DNA of 64,000 nt from Hypanus sabinus (lineage: Eukaryota), in the NCBI RefSeq assembly GCF_030144855.1, contig NC_082727.1, forward strand, positions 40,114,001 to 40,178,000. The letters are read 5' to 3'. The notes below the pieces were generated by a model. That model searched no databases, had not been told where the DNA came from, and worked only from the letters and a program-made list of their open reading frames with translations. Shown here one piece after another: positions 1 to 12,124 of the stretch (position 1 is the first letter of the stretch; every line of letters starts with the position of its first letter). A program made the position numbers and the translations under genes.

Positions 1-260
1 TTCTGAACCCTCTGCCACATTGCATTTAAAGTGTCACCGGTTAATCTGTTCTGTGCCTGACAATATTTAACATATACACTTTACTTTGTTTATTTATGTG
101 TAATTCATTTGTAAATTTATTATTACTTTCCTAAATTATTGTGTATTATGTATGTGTATTGTGTACTATTGTGCTTTACACCCTGGTCAGGAGAAACATT
201 GGCTCATTTGACAGTATACATGTATATAATTAAATGACAATAAACTTGATTTGATTTGAA
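1..260 (+). mobile_element. 3' tail of a Rex1/Babar-type LINE in PDE6C intron 1
   Basis: AT-rich tail ending atgacAATAAActtgatttgatttga, resembling the tails at 4815-4834 and 23640-23665. Confidence 0.55.
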
Positions 261-490
261 CTTTCCAAATGAACCTGAAAATGCCCAGAACACTTCCTAA
301 AGGTATTTTATCTTAAGTAGACTTCACATGCCCTGCAGTATTTGCATGTATGTATGAATGTAGTGCTCTACAATAATTCTCATAGATAACTTTTTCAGGA
401 AAACTGCTTTACCTATGATGGCATATTCAAATACAAATATTGAAAATATAGCCAAATATTAATTAATATTAAAATCCAAAGGTGACTTAC

Positions 491-967
491 CTTTTGAACG
501 TCAGCAATATTCTGCACCCTCTTGGTATGTGCAGTCCATCCCACTACCCCCATATCCAATGGAAAAACTATCTCTGCCTCTGGTGCCACTAGATTGCTCT
601 CATAACTGGAGTCTCGGGTCACATCGAAAAGTCTTGTGGCCAGTTCAGCGACACCGTTCCTCGACCTGAAAACGAACATGCTTCCTTTGTCTGCATTGAC
701 CAGGGTCACAATCCTCTGCAGTACCTTATGCATCTGCTTCTCTACATTGGAGACATCCTGCATCTCCCTGACCAGCTCAAACACAATGTCAGACTCTTCC
801 AACTTGCACAGGTCCCTGAAGGAAGCTCCGTCCTTTAACTCTACCTTCGTGCCGTTGAAGATAGCACTGATCGACTCCGGCCTGAGCTTCCTGTCAAAAT
901 ATTCCTTGGCAAACTGTGGGTTGTTCTCCAAATATCGCTCGACTGCCTCTTTGCTAACGTCTCCCAT
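491..967 (-). CDS. PDE6C: Cone cGMP phosphodiesterase alpha' subunit, first coding exon (N-terminus and start of GAF-A); gene continues left out of the window
   Basis: MGDVSKEAVERYLENNPQFAKEYFDRKLR...ELATRLFDV...EIVFPLDMGVVGWTAHTK matches the PDE6 catalytic subunit N-terminus, closest to PDE6C. ATG at 967; phase-0 donor AAG|GTAAGT after 491 (159 codons). Head-to-head with RBP4, as for PDE6C in other vertebrates. Confidence 0.93.
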
Positions 968-1139
968 GTTTGTTCGCGCGCCCTTTGGTTCAGGTTTTCA
1001 TCACGGAAGAAAGAGGGGGTGAGATATTAGCAGTTCCTCTTTGATCGCAAGATCACGGTCTGTTGGAGTTCCCCGGCATTCCGCGCCTCGACTCTTTCCA
1101 GAGCTGCGACAATCTTTTGAAAGTTGACAGCAGGCAAAG

Positions 1140-1260
1140 TCTTAGTGATTTAAGGCATCTTCCAGATCGCCGCTAAACGTTACGTCAGAAGTTTAAATCC
1201 TGATCGTTCTTAGATTGTGAATCTCAGTTTTAATTTGCGAAAGACCAATCCCATTAGTGA
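1140..1260 (-). promoter_or_regulatory. Candidate PDE6C proximal promoter with CRX/OTX-like homeodomain motifs
   Basis: Non-repetitive CpG-containing sequence upstream of the ATG with GATTTA (1147-1152), TAAATCC (1194-1200) and CCAATCC/ATTAG (~1245-1257). Function inferred from position and motif only. Confidence 0.4.
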
Positions 1261-1361
1261 CTCAATACGAAAGATCACAAGTCCACGTGAGTTGGTAAAT
1301 TTAAACCGCTTCTCCACCGTGGAATTCAATGCATATGAAAACGTTATCGTTTAATGATGCT

Positions 1362-1510
1362 CAAAATCTGCTGGAGGAGCTCAGAGGGTTGAGAAGCATA
1401 GGGGATGGTGAATTGTTGACATTTCATGTCGAAACTCCTTCCCCCTCCACAGATGCTGCTCGACCCCTCTGAGTTCCTCGAGCAGATTCCACCAGCAGCC
1501 TCTTGTGTCT
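1362..1510. mobile_element. Penelope-derived short palindromic repeat
   Basis: Inverted arms aatctgctggaggagctcagagggttgagaagcat / atgctgctcgacccctctgagttcctcgagcagatt; same family as many copies in the window. Confidence 0.6.
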
Positions 1511-1549
1511 GCCGTTTAATGCTAGCAAGGTGATGTTTGTATAAATCTA

Positions 1550-2125
1550 TTCAGAATCAGGTTTAACTTCACTGGCATATGTCGTGAAAGTTGTTAATTT
1601 AGCGGCAGCAGTACAATGCAATGCTTAACAAAGACTATAAATTACAGTACAATATATAAACGAAAATTAAGTAAGTGCAAAAAAGAAAAACAAGAAGAGT
1701 GAGGTATTGAAAAACAGGTTCATTGTTCATTCAAAAATCTGATGGCGGAGGGAAAAAGCTGTTCTTGAATCGTTGAGTGTGTGTCTTCAGGCTCCTGTAC
1801 CTCCCCTTTGATGAAAGCAACGAGAACAGGGCAAGTCCTAGGTAATGTTGGTCCGTAACGATCGATACCTCTTAGAGGTATCGCATTTTGAAGATGTCTT
1901 TGATGCTGGGGAGACTGGTGCCCGTGATGGAGGTGACTGAGTTTGTAGCATTCTGCATCCTGTGCGGTGGCCCTTCCATACCAGATGGTGATGCAACCAG
2001 TTAGATGGTACATTTGTAGAAAATTGCGGGTCTTCGGTGACACACAAAGACTCCCCAAACTCCGAATGAAGTCTAGCGGTTGCCTGCTTTGTAGTTGCAT
2101 CAATATGTGGTTCCGTGTTAAAACT
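1550..2125 (-). mobile_element. Rex1/Babar LINE 3' fragment
   Basis: Minus-strand relics (LTGCITIWYG...; ...FPSAIRFLN) and the family tail ctgattctgaat. Confidence 0.7.
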
Positions 2126-2486
2126 GTGCGAGAGAGTTGGAGCCGGGCTTGATGGGAAACGTGGGGACGCAGCTCACCTGGAAATGCCACAAAATGTGGG
2201 TTTAGTTGACCCATTTATTCTGCTTTACAATCTTAATGTGCTTGTGTTGCTGTTGTGTTTCACTGCATCTGTGCATATATGTACGAGTGCAGAAGGCAAT
2301 GAATGGAATTTGATCAGTAAACTGTAGTTCGCCCCTCGGAATTATTGTCAACTAATTATTCAAAGTACGGTTCCCCATTACACTTGCATAAATTTCACAA
2401 AATGTTTTTATCGGTGGTGCTATAAAGACACGTTCAAGCTTGTAAACGATTTCTTCCCCTTTATAAAGCAACATTTTGCAAACATC

Positions 2487-2861
2487 AGAGGATGAGAGGT
2501 GACCTGATAGGGTTGTATAAGATGATGAGAGGCATTGATCATGTGGATAGTCAGAGGCTTTTCCCCAGGGCTTTTAAATAGTTGCCACAAGAGGGCACAG
2601 GTTTAAGGTGCTTGAAGTAGGTACAGAGGAGATGTCAGGGGTAAGTTTTTTTACGCAGAGAGTGGTGAGTGCGTGGAATGGGCTGCCGGTGATGGTGGTA
2701 GAGGCGGATACAATAGGGTCTTTTAAGAGACTCCTGGTACATGGAGCTTAGAAAAATAGAGGGCTATGGGTAAGCCGAGGTAATTTTAAGATACGGACAC
2801 GTTCGGCACAGCATTGTGGGCCGAAGGGCCTGTATTGTGCGGTAGGTTTTCTATGTTTCTA
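2487..2861 (+). mobile_element. CR1-type LINE 3' end
   Basis: RMRGDLI...QRLFPR...RGHRFKV...FFTQRVVSAWN relic; tail gggccgaagggcctgtattgtg...ttctatgtttcta. Confidence 0.85.
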
Positions 2862-3424
2862 ACGCCAGTGAATAGAGCCAGTTTCCGATGGAAGGCTGGA
2901 GAAGCCGCATTTTTGAAAGAGATAATTCCCCTTGCTTCCTGTAATTTCCTCCAATGCGATCAGCGGTGTTGCTATTTACACCTCGGAGATTAGATTGTTT
3001 GCTAATGCGCTTTTCGAATTTAAGCAATAATCTAAAATGAATGGCAAATTAAATTTAACTCGGCGCCGCTCCTTTGTTGAGGTCTGCCAGAAATCGCTAG
3101 GATTTAAGTAGTGAGCAATGACGCCAACATCGTACGGCGAGGCTCCATGGACGGACGCGGTCGGGAAGAACAGGGTGACAGCAGATTGTGTTTAGCCACA
3201 TCCACGTGACCGTCTGCGATCCTTGGGGTGCGAATAGGAATTAGATTTGCGAGAACCTTACCTGAGGGGACCACATGATTGGCTATATTCAAAAGGGAGA
3301 TAAATTAACACTACAGAATAGTTTGTCCAAATGACGCTAACAACGTAATGAGGTTCGCACCGTGTTTATTCTTATATATAATGAATAAAGTGTAATTTTT
3401 GAAATAATTCGACAATTTGGATAC

Positions 3425-6400
3425 AGAATCAGCTTTATTATCAGAATCATATGTCGTGAAATCTATTATCTTAGCAGCAGCAAAATGCAATACATGATAA
3501 TACCGTATAGAAAGGACAAAATAAGTAAATCAATTAAAGTAAGTATATACAGTATATTATATTAAATAGATTGAAACAGTGCAAAACAGAAATAATACAT
3601 TGTTTTTTAAAAGTGAGGTAGTGTTCATGGGTTAAATGTCCATTTAGGAATTGTATGGCAGTGGGGACAAAGTTTTTGCAGAATCGCAGAGTGTGTACCG
3701 TTAGGCTTCAGTACCTCCTGATGGTAACAACGAGAAGAGGGCATGCCCTGTGCGATAGGAGTCCTTAAGAATGGATGTCGCCTTTCTGAGACGCCGCTCC
3801 TTGAAGATGTCTTGGATACCCCCCAGGACTGCGTGCTCAGTCCACTGCTGTTCACTCTGCTGACCCACGACTGTGCTGCAACACACAACTCGAACCACAT
3901 CATCAAGTTAGTCGATGACACGACCGTGGTGGGTCTCATCAGCAAGAACGACGAGTCAGCTTACAGAGAGGAGGTGCAGCGGCTAACGGACTGGTGCAGA
4001 GCCAACAACCTGTCTCTGAATGTGAACGAAACAAAAGAGATGGTTGTTGACTTCAGGAGGGCACAGAGCGACCACTCCCCTCTGAACATTGACGGCTCCT
4101 CGGTAGAAATTGTTAAGAGCACCAAATTTTTTGGTGTTCACCTGACGGAGAATCTCACCTGGTCCTTCAACACCAGCTCCATAGCAAAGAAAACCCAGCA
4201 GCGTCTCTACTTTCTGCGAAGGCTGAGGAAAGTCCATCTCCCACCCTCCATCCTCATCACATTCAACAGGGGTTGTATTGAGAGCATCCTGAGCAGCTGC
4301 ATCACTGCCTGTTTTGGAAATTGTACCATCTCGGATCACAAGACCCTGCAGCGGATAGTGAAGTCAGCTGAGAAGATCATCGGGGTCTCTCTTCCGCCAT
4401 TACGGTCATTTACACTACACGCTGCATCCGCAAAGGAAACAGCATTATGAAGGACCCCACACACCCCTCATACAAACTCTTCTCCCTCCTGCCGTCGGGG
4501 AAAAGGTACCGAAGCATTCGGGCTCTCACGACCAGACTATGTAACAGTTTCTTCCCCCAAGCTCTCAGACTCCTCAATACCCAGAGCCTGGACTGACACC
4601 ATACCCTATTGTCCTGTTCATTATTTATTGTAATGCCTGCACTGTTTTGTGCACTTTATGCAGACCTGTGTAGGTCCATAGTCTAGTGTAGTTGGGGTTT
4701 TTTTCTGTTTTTTACGTAATTCAGTCTAGTTTTTGTACAGTGTCATGTAACACCATGGTCCTGAGAAACGTTGTCTCGTTGTTACTGTGTACTGTACCAG
4801 CAGTTATGGTCAAAATGACAATAAAAAGTGACTTGATACTATGAGGGCTTGTACCCCAAGATGGAGCTGACTAATTTTACAACTCTCTGTGGCTTCCTTT
4901 GGTCCTGTACAGTAGACACCCACCCTCCCTCCAACATCCCCCATACCAGACAGTGATGTAGTCTGTCAGAGTGCTCTCCATTGTACATCTATAGAAGTTT
5001 TCCAGTATTTTAGTTGACAAACCAAATCTCTTCAAACTCCTAATGAAATATAGCTGCTGTCTTGCCTTCTTTATAGCTGCTTCGATATGCTAGAATCAGG
5101 TTAGATCCTCAGAGATCCTTGACACTCAGGAACTTGAAACTCCTCACTCTCTCCACTTCTGATCCCCCTATGAGGATTGGATTGTGATCCATCAGTTTGC
5201 TTTTCCAAAAGTCCACAATTAGCTCTTTCATCTTGCTGACATTGAGTATAAGGTTGTTGCTGCTACACCACTCAACTAACTGGATATCTCACTCCTGTAT
5301 GCCCTCTCGTCTCCATCTGAGAGTCTACCAACAATAGTTGTTTAATCAACAAATTTATAGATGGCAGTTGAGCTATGCCAAGCCACACAGTCAAGGGTAT
5401 AGAAAGAGTAGAGCAGTGGGCTAAGCACACGTCACTGAGGTGTACCAGTGTTGATCGTCAGCAAGGAAAAGATACTATCACCAATCCAGACAGATTATGG
5501 TCTTCTGATTAGGAAGTCAAAGATCCAGTCACAGAGGAAAGTACAGAGGCCCAGGGTCTGTAGCTTATCAATCAGGACTGTGGGAATGATGGTGTTAAAT
5601 GCTAAGCTATAGTCTTCAAACAGCATCCTGGCATAGGTGTTTGTACAGGTGACCTAAGGCTGTGTGAAGAGCCATTGAGGTATCTGCCATAGACCTATTG
5701 TGGCAATAGGCAGATTACAGTAGGTCCAGGTCCTGGCTGAGGCAGGAATTGATTCTAGCCATGACCAACCTCTCAAAGCATTTCATCCTGTAAGTGTGAG
5801 TGCTACTGGATGATAACCATTAAGGCACCCCCCATTTCTCTTCTTGGGCACTGGTATAATTGTTGCCTTTTTGAAGCAGTTAGGAATTTCCAACAATAGC
5901 AGTGAGAGGTTGAAAATGTCTTTGAATACTCCTGCCAGTTGGTTGGCACAGGTTTTCAGAGCCTTATCAGGTACTCCATCAGGACCTGCCACCTTGTAGG
6001 GGTTCACCCTCCTTAAAGACAGCCTGACATCGGCCTACAAGACAGATATCTCAGGGTCACCAGGTGCAGCAGGGATGTTCACAGCTGTAGTTGTATTCTC
6101 CCTTTCAAAGCAGGCATAGAAGGCATTGAGTTCTGGTAGTGAAGCGTCACTGCCATTCAGGCTATCGGGTTTCACTTTGTAGGAATTGATGTCTTGCAAA
6201 CCCTGCCAGAGTTGACGTGCATCCGATGTCACCTCCAAATTCACTCAGAGTTGTCCCTTCGTTCTTGAAATGGACCTCCACGAGTCATACATGGTTTTCT
6301 TGTACAGACCTGGGTCACCAGACTTAAATGCCACAAATCTAACCCACAGCAGATGTCGAACCTCCTGGTTCATCCACAGCTTTTGGTTTGGGAATGTTCA

Positions 6401-7500
6401 GCAAGTTTTTGTAGGTTCACACTCATCCACACAGGTTTTAATGAAGTCGGTAACAACTGCAACATACTCATACAGATTCGAAGATGAATCTCTGAATATA
6501 GTCCAGTCCACTGATTAAAAGCAGTCTTGTAAGTGCTCCTGTGTTTCCCTTGTCCATACCTTCTTGGTCCTCACTGCTGGTGCTGCAGTCTTCAGTCTCT
6601 GCCTATGCTCAGGGAGTAGGTAATCAGACTTTCTGGTGAGGGTGTGGAATAGCAGGGTAGACATTCTTGATGATGGTGTAACAGTGGTCCAGTGTGTTGT
6701 TTCCTCTGGTACTGCAAGTGATTTGTTGATGGTAATTATTCAGTAATTTTTTCAGGCTGGCCTGGTTAAAATCCCCCAAAATGATGGTGAAGACATCAAG
6801 ATGTGCTTTTTTGTACATGCTGATCCCATTGCTTAGGTCATCTAGAGCCTGATGAAACATTGACCTGACATGGAATGTACACCACTACCAAAATTATCTC
6901 AGAAATCTCCTACGGCAGGTAAAATGGAGAGCACTTAACTGCAAGATATTCCAGATCTGGTGAGCAGAATTGAAACAACACTGGTATGTTTGTGCACCAA
7001 GAGGAGCTGATCATTAGGCACACACCTCCAGTTCTGATTTTGAGATCTTGATAGTCCTGTCCTGACGGTGTATAGTGAACCCATCAATCTGAATTGCTGC
7101 GCCCAGTGTGGAAGGGGTTAACCAGGATTCTGTGACACAAAAGACACACATGGTCCGAATGCCTTTCTGATACAGCACCATAGCTATGAGATCTTCAATT
7201 TTATTTGCTAGATACTGTATGTTTGCCAGCAAGATAGTCGGTATTGCGAGTCTAAAACCCCATTTTCTTAAATGCACATGTACTCTGAACTGCAGCCATG
7301 CTTCCTCGAAGGAGTATGGCCATAATTGGCATTGTTTCCATCGGTCTTAAGCAGCTATATTTTATTCAGTTGCATTAAGACATCTTTGTTAACTGTGCAG
7401 ACCTTGAAAGTAGTTGTGATTCTCAGCCATATCAGGCTGAAATGGGAACATTTAATCATATGCATCGAGCTGTGCTGCACAAGATCGCCGTTCCCGAGGT
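3425..7500 (-). mobile_element. Near full-length, degenerate Rex1/Babar LINE (APE endonuclease plus RT), interrupted by a younger copy
   Basis: Collinear broken ORFs: PTILLANIQYLANKIEDL..TESWL (7014-7277), IILGDFNQA..TRGNNTLDHCY (6624-6860), [27 protein letters not shown] (5783-6007); 3' tail near 3425. Confidence 0.85.
3820..4834 (+). mobile_element. Young 5'-truncated Rex1/Babar LINE (RT C-terminal part) nested in the older LINE
   Basis: PQDCVLSPLLFTLLTHDC..IIKLVDDTTVVGLI..NLSLNVNETKEMVVDFRR..QQRLYFLRRLRK; tail gacaataaaaagtgactt; GATAC duplicated at 3815-3819 and 4835-4839. Confidence 0.9.
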
Positions 7501-8019
7501 GTCCTGGAACTTAATGCTTCTAACAGTTGGGCTGCTGGAGGTTCTTTGGATAACTGAAACTTTTCCTGAAGTTTTAGTACTGATTCCATACAGTGTTTAG
7601 TCACCTTTCAGGAATAAGAAATACGATCCCATGTCCTTCTCAGATGCTGCATGATCTTTTGAGCATTTCCAGCATTTTCTGTGTTTTCCAATACAGTATA
7701 TTGAAATTATCTCAGAAGGTTGTGGATATGTTTTGCAAACTTAAGTTGGAAGGAGTGGGGAAAAATTATTTTACCCAGGTGATATCCAGGCCTTCTGCAT
7801 GGTGGAGTCAGTGCAGAGCATAGAAATGGGCCCTTGGGCTCCCAAAGTGGAAGTAAATTTATTATCAAAGTGTGTATATGTCACTATTTACTTCCTTGAG
7901 ATTCATGTTCTTGCAGGCATGTAGAGGAAAATGAAGAAATACAACGGAATTTATGAACAACAAAGCATAAACGAAGATGACCAACAAGCAATGTGCAAAA
8001 GAAGACAAATTGTGTAAGT

Positions 8020-8112
8020 ATGTAAATAAATAGATAGATCGACAGGTAGATAGATAGGTAGGTAGGTGGGTGAGTATTTAGTTAAGTGGGTAGGTAGGTA
8101 CAGTAGGTAGAT
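8020..8112 (+). repeat. Compound (TAAA/TAGA/TAGG)n microsatellite within a LINE tail
   Basis: taaataaatagatagatcgacaggtagatagataggtaggtaggt... Confidence 0.7.
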
Positions 8113-8394
8113 AATGTTCAGAACTTATGAACTTCAGAACTTTTACGTTCTAAAAGTGGAATGAGTTCAGAGTTGACATGAGTAAAGTTATCCACACTGG
8201 ATCATGTGTAACCTTGATGGTTGATGGGTGGTAACTGTCTGTGAACCTATTGGTGTGTGCTGATCTTTTTGCCCATCTCCTTTAATCCCATTTTTCTGCA
8301 ATGGATCCATGACTTTCTATGCCTTGTCTATATGAGTCTTAAATTAATTGAGTGGTTTTAGATGCCTCCCATCATTCAGAACCATTGGTCAATT

Positions 8395-8955
8395 GTAAAC
8401 ACAAGAGATTCTTCAGATGCTGGAATTCTTGAGCAACACATACAGAGAGCTGGAGGAACTCAGCAAATCAGACAGCAACTATAGACGGAAATGACCAGAT
8501 GATGTTTTGGGCCAAGACCTTTCTTCAGGACTGGAAAGGGAGTGGGCAGAAGGTTAAGAAGGTTGGGGAAGGGAAGGAAGTGAAACCAAGTGAGTGGGAA
8601 GATGAGTGGGTGGGGAGGAGGGCTGAAGCAAGAAATTGGGAAGTGATAGGCGGAAGAGGTAAAGAGCTGATGAAGAAGAAATCTGTTGGGAGAAGACAGT
8701 GGATCATAGAAGAAAGGAAAGAAAAAGGTGCACCAGAGAGATGATGAGCAGGGAAGAGAAGAGAGGAAGTAAGAGGGGAGCAAAAATAGGAAATGAAAAG
8801 AGAGATTGGGGAAGGGGAGAAATTACTAGAAGTTTGAGAAATAGATATTCATGCTATCAGGTTAGATGCACTCCAGATGGAATATGAGATGTTGGTCCTC
8901 CAACCTGAGTGTGGCCTCATTGTGGCAGCAGAGGAGCAATGGACCAACGTGTTGG
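8395..8955 (-). mobile_element. Penelope-like element 3' fragment (end of GIY-YIG domain, pyrimidine tract, terminal repeat)
   Basis: Minus strand encodes a CHNEATLRLEDQHLIFHL..PDSMNI relic, then a pyrimidine-rich tract, a CTGAAGA hammerhead-like core and the family tail. Confidence 0.75.
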
Positions 8956-8959
8956 AAAG

Positions 8960-9715
8960 TAGAACATAAAAATCTACAGCACATTACAGCCCATCAGCCC
9001 ACAATGTTGTGCCAACCATGTAACCTACTCTAGAAACTGCCTGGAATTTCCCTAGCGCAGAGCCCTTTATTTTTCTAAGCTCCATATACTTATCTAAGAG
9101 GCTCTTAAAAGACCCTATTGTATCCGCTTGCACCACAGCTGCTGGCAGTGAATTCCACGCATCCACCACTCTCTGTGTGAAAATTTTACTCCTGTCATCC
9201 CTTCAGTACTTATTTCCACGCACCTTAAAACTATCCTCCTCGTGTTAGCCATTTCAGCCCTGGGAAAAAGCCTCTGGCTATCCACACAATCAATGCCATT
9301 CATCATCTTATACACCTCTATCAGGTCACTTTTCATCCTCTGTCACTCCAAGAAGGACAGACCAAGTTCACTCAACCTGTTCTCATAAAGTACGCCCTCC
9401 AATCCATGCAACATCCTTGTAAGTCTCCCCTGTACTCTCTCTATCGTATCCACATCCTTCCTGTAGTGAGGTGACCAGAGCTGAACACAACACTGTAATT
9501 TGGGGTTTGACCAAGGTCTTATATAGCTGAAACATTACTTCATGGCTCTTGAACGCTATCCCACAGTTGATGAATGCCAACACACCATGCACATTCTTAA
9601 CAACTGTCAACCTGCACAGCAGCTTTGAGTGTCCTATGGATACAGATCCCAAGATCTCTCAGATCGTCCACACTGCCAAGAGTCTTACCATTAATATTAT
9701 ATTCTGTCTTCAAAT
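8960..9715 (-). mobile_element. CR1-type LINE 3' fragment
   Basis: Relics KTLGSVDDLRDLGI, DLIEVYKMMNGID..QRLFPRAEM, AWNSLPAAVV. Confidence 0.88.
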
Positions 9716-11329
9716 ACTGTTGGAATGGGAATAAGAAGTCAAGTTGTAAAGGGTGGCAACTTGGAAATCTCAACTTTTGTAACAGGCAGAGAGAAAGTGT
9801 AACCATAATCATACACATGAATGAAGTGTTTGGTTTGATGTGTCTACCTATCAGAAATGCTTGGTCCATTGTTCAATTAGTTCATGATGGACCACTCACT
9901 AAGAGACCTGAACTAATGACTTAGACCCTGAGTTTCAATCTCATCACAAAAGCCTGGGAATTTAATGATATTTAACCAAAGGGTCAGGATTTTTTGATTT
10001 TGAAAGCTATTCTCAGCAAGGTTAACCATGACATTGTCAAATGATCTTAACATTTGAAATATAAACAGAAAATGCTGGAAGCACTTAGTTCAGGTGGCAG
10101 CTGTGGCAAGAGACACAGAGTTCTTAAAGATCTGTCTGACCTCTGCATGAGAGATCTTAAAGATCTACTTGATTCACTGTTGACCTTCAATGAAAGAAAT
10201 TGCTGCTCCTTCTTCGTCTGGCCCATGCATAATTCTGCGATCACAGTGACCACCGTCTGAAATGCTTGGCAAGCCTTTGAGCCGGATCAATAACTGTTAT
10301 TCTAATACATAATGTGTATTATGCACATTGTACATTGATGCATATGTGATATTCTGAAACATAATAAGAAACAATCCTGGTAAGCCTATAGGCATGAACA
10401 AGCAGCGGATCTCAAATTTCAAATTTATTTTCAAAGTATGGAGACTATATACAACCTTGGGATTAATTTTCTAGCAGACACCCACAAAACAAAGAAACAC
10501 CATAAAATCCGTGAAAAACCGCACCCAGCAAAGGCCACCAAGCATCCAATGTACAAAAGAGGACAAATCACACAAATAGTTTTAAAAAATGTAAACAAGT
10601 AACACATAGACACGAGCGACAGAGCCACCGCTGTGGAGTTCGTTCAGCGCTGAGGCACAAATGGATAATGCTCAGAATCTGCAGAAAGTTGATGTTTCGG
10701 GTTGACAATCTTTTATTACAACTGAGAATTGTTACGAATGTCTGGATGCAGAGGAAGAAGGGAGAAGGAGAGAACACAAGGAAAGTATGTGATAAAGTGG
10801 AAGACCAGTCTCAGCATGACATAGGCCAGGCAAATTCATCTTCTAAAGAGTGGTCTAGAACCTGAAAAGATATTTCTATTTTTCTTTCCATGGGCGATCT
10901 TACAAGGTTTACTGAATGTTTTCACACTTCCTAGTGTTATTTCAGATTTCCACTGTCTGCTGTTTATTCTTGCTCAACCTAATGAAATACTCCACATGAG
11001 CATCTGGGCAGTATGCTGTTGTGAATTTGAGTGAGCCGTATAGAGACTGGAGCCGTAGATGTAACACGCCTTTATTCAGCACAGCAAGGAAACACACAAA
11101 TGAGGTATGATGGAAGAGTCTCATAAAACTTCTTCCCAAACTCAAAGTACGTAGTACATTTTCTATTTCTTAAGAAAAAAGGTAACAGTAAGTGATTGGA
11201 TACAATTTCTATAGGTACAATTGCACAGTTATTTCAATATTTTGGGTACAGATAAATGGTTTAATCAATTTACATATACCATAAGAGCATTAGATCATTC
11301 TGCCCATTGAGTCTGCTCCACCATTTGAT

Positions 11330-11690
11330 GTGATGTCATGTTTAAATTTAGGGAAGATTTGATGTTCAATCTCTGAATCTAGCCAAGACTTTCAAACATT
11401 GTGAGGACCTTTTTTTGAATTATTTTCAAAACCTTTGATTTGCTGTTAAAGCACAGATGATAGCTAATAATTTTTTTTTCTTTTTTTTCTTTACAAATCA
11501 GCTTCAGTCTTGGTAGTGGGTTAGATTTTTTTATATAATAAAATTGCTATTTTTCAATGTTATTAATTAATTAATCTGTATGAATATAGGGTAAGGAGTC
11601 TTTATATGTGATTTAGTATAATGTATTGATATATATTTTTTTCTTATACTCTGCATTCTTATATGTAAATTAATAAAAATATTGGAAGGG
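11330..11690 (+). mobile_element. L1-type LINE 3' end
   Basis: gatgtcatgtttaaatttagggaagatt (SCLNL-KI relic), T-rich 3' UTR and taAATAAAaatattg; homologous to 31823-32473. Confidence 0.6.
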
Positions 11691-12124
11691 GGAAAACTCA
11701 GGGAGGCTTTGAGGAAAGACTATTTCCATTGGTCAAGTAACTAGAGTACAAAAATTGATAATGACCACAAAGACACAAAGAAAGTTGTTGTTCAATTTTA
11801 GTTTGTGCAAAAGCTCAACAGGAATTGCAAGGCTCCACCAGAAGGAGTAGCAGAAACATAAGGTTGGACAGCTCTTCCAGGGAGCTACCATGCGTATGAG
11901 CAGCTGAATGACCCTCGTACTTCAGAATTTTATGATTCTTAGTTATATTTGCATTGGCTAAAGTGTGTCCTCAGTCATACTTCAAAATGGACTCATGCCA
12001 ATGGCCTTGAACAAGGTACAGTACAAATTCACTAGGATGAAAATGAACAAAGGTTTCAACTGTATGAATAACTTAAATAAACTTGGCTTGCGGTTTCTTA
12101 AATTTAGTATCTAATATAATTTGT

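Noticed and set aside
413-490. Hydrophobic C-terminal tail of the PDE6C ORF (VSHLWILILINIW...)
   Set aside because: Intron read-through after a consensus GTAAGT donor.
636-1022. 128-aa plus-strand ORF overlapping PDE6C (and similar antisense ORFs over RBP4 and FFAR4 exons)
   Set aside because: Antisense shadows of real coding exons with no independent support.
3743-4450. 235-aa ORF, one of the longest in the window
   Set aside because: A chimera of antisense host LINE and a truncated Rex1 RT (the F/YADD motif reads LVDD); not a host gene.
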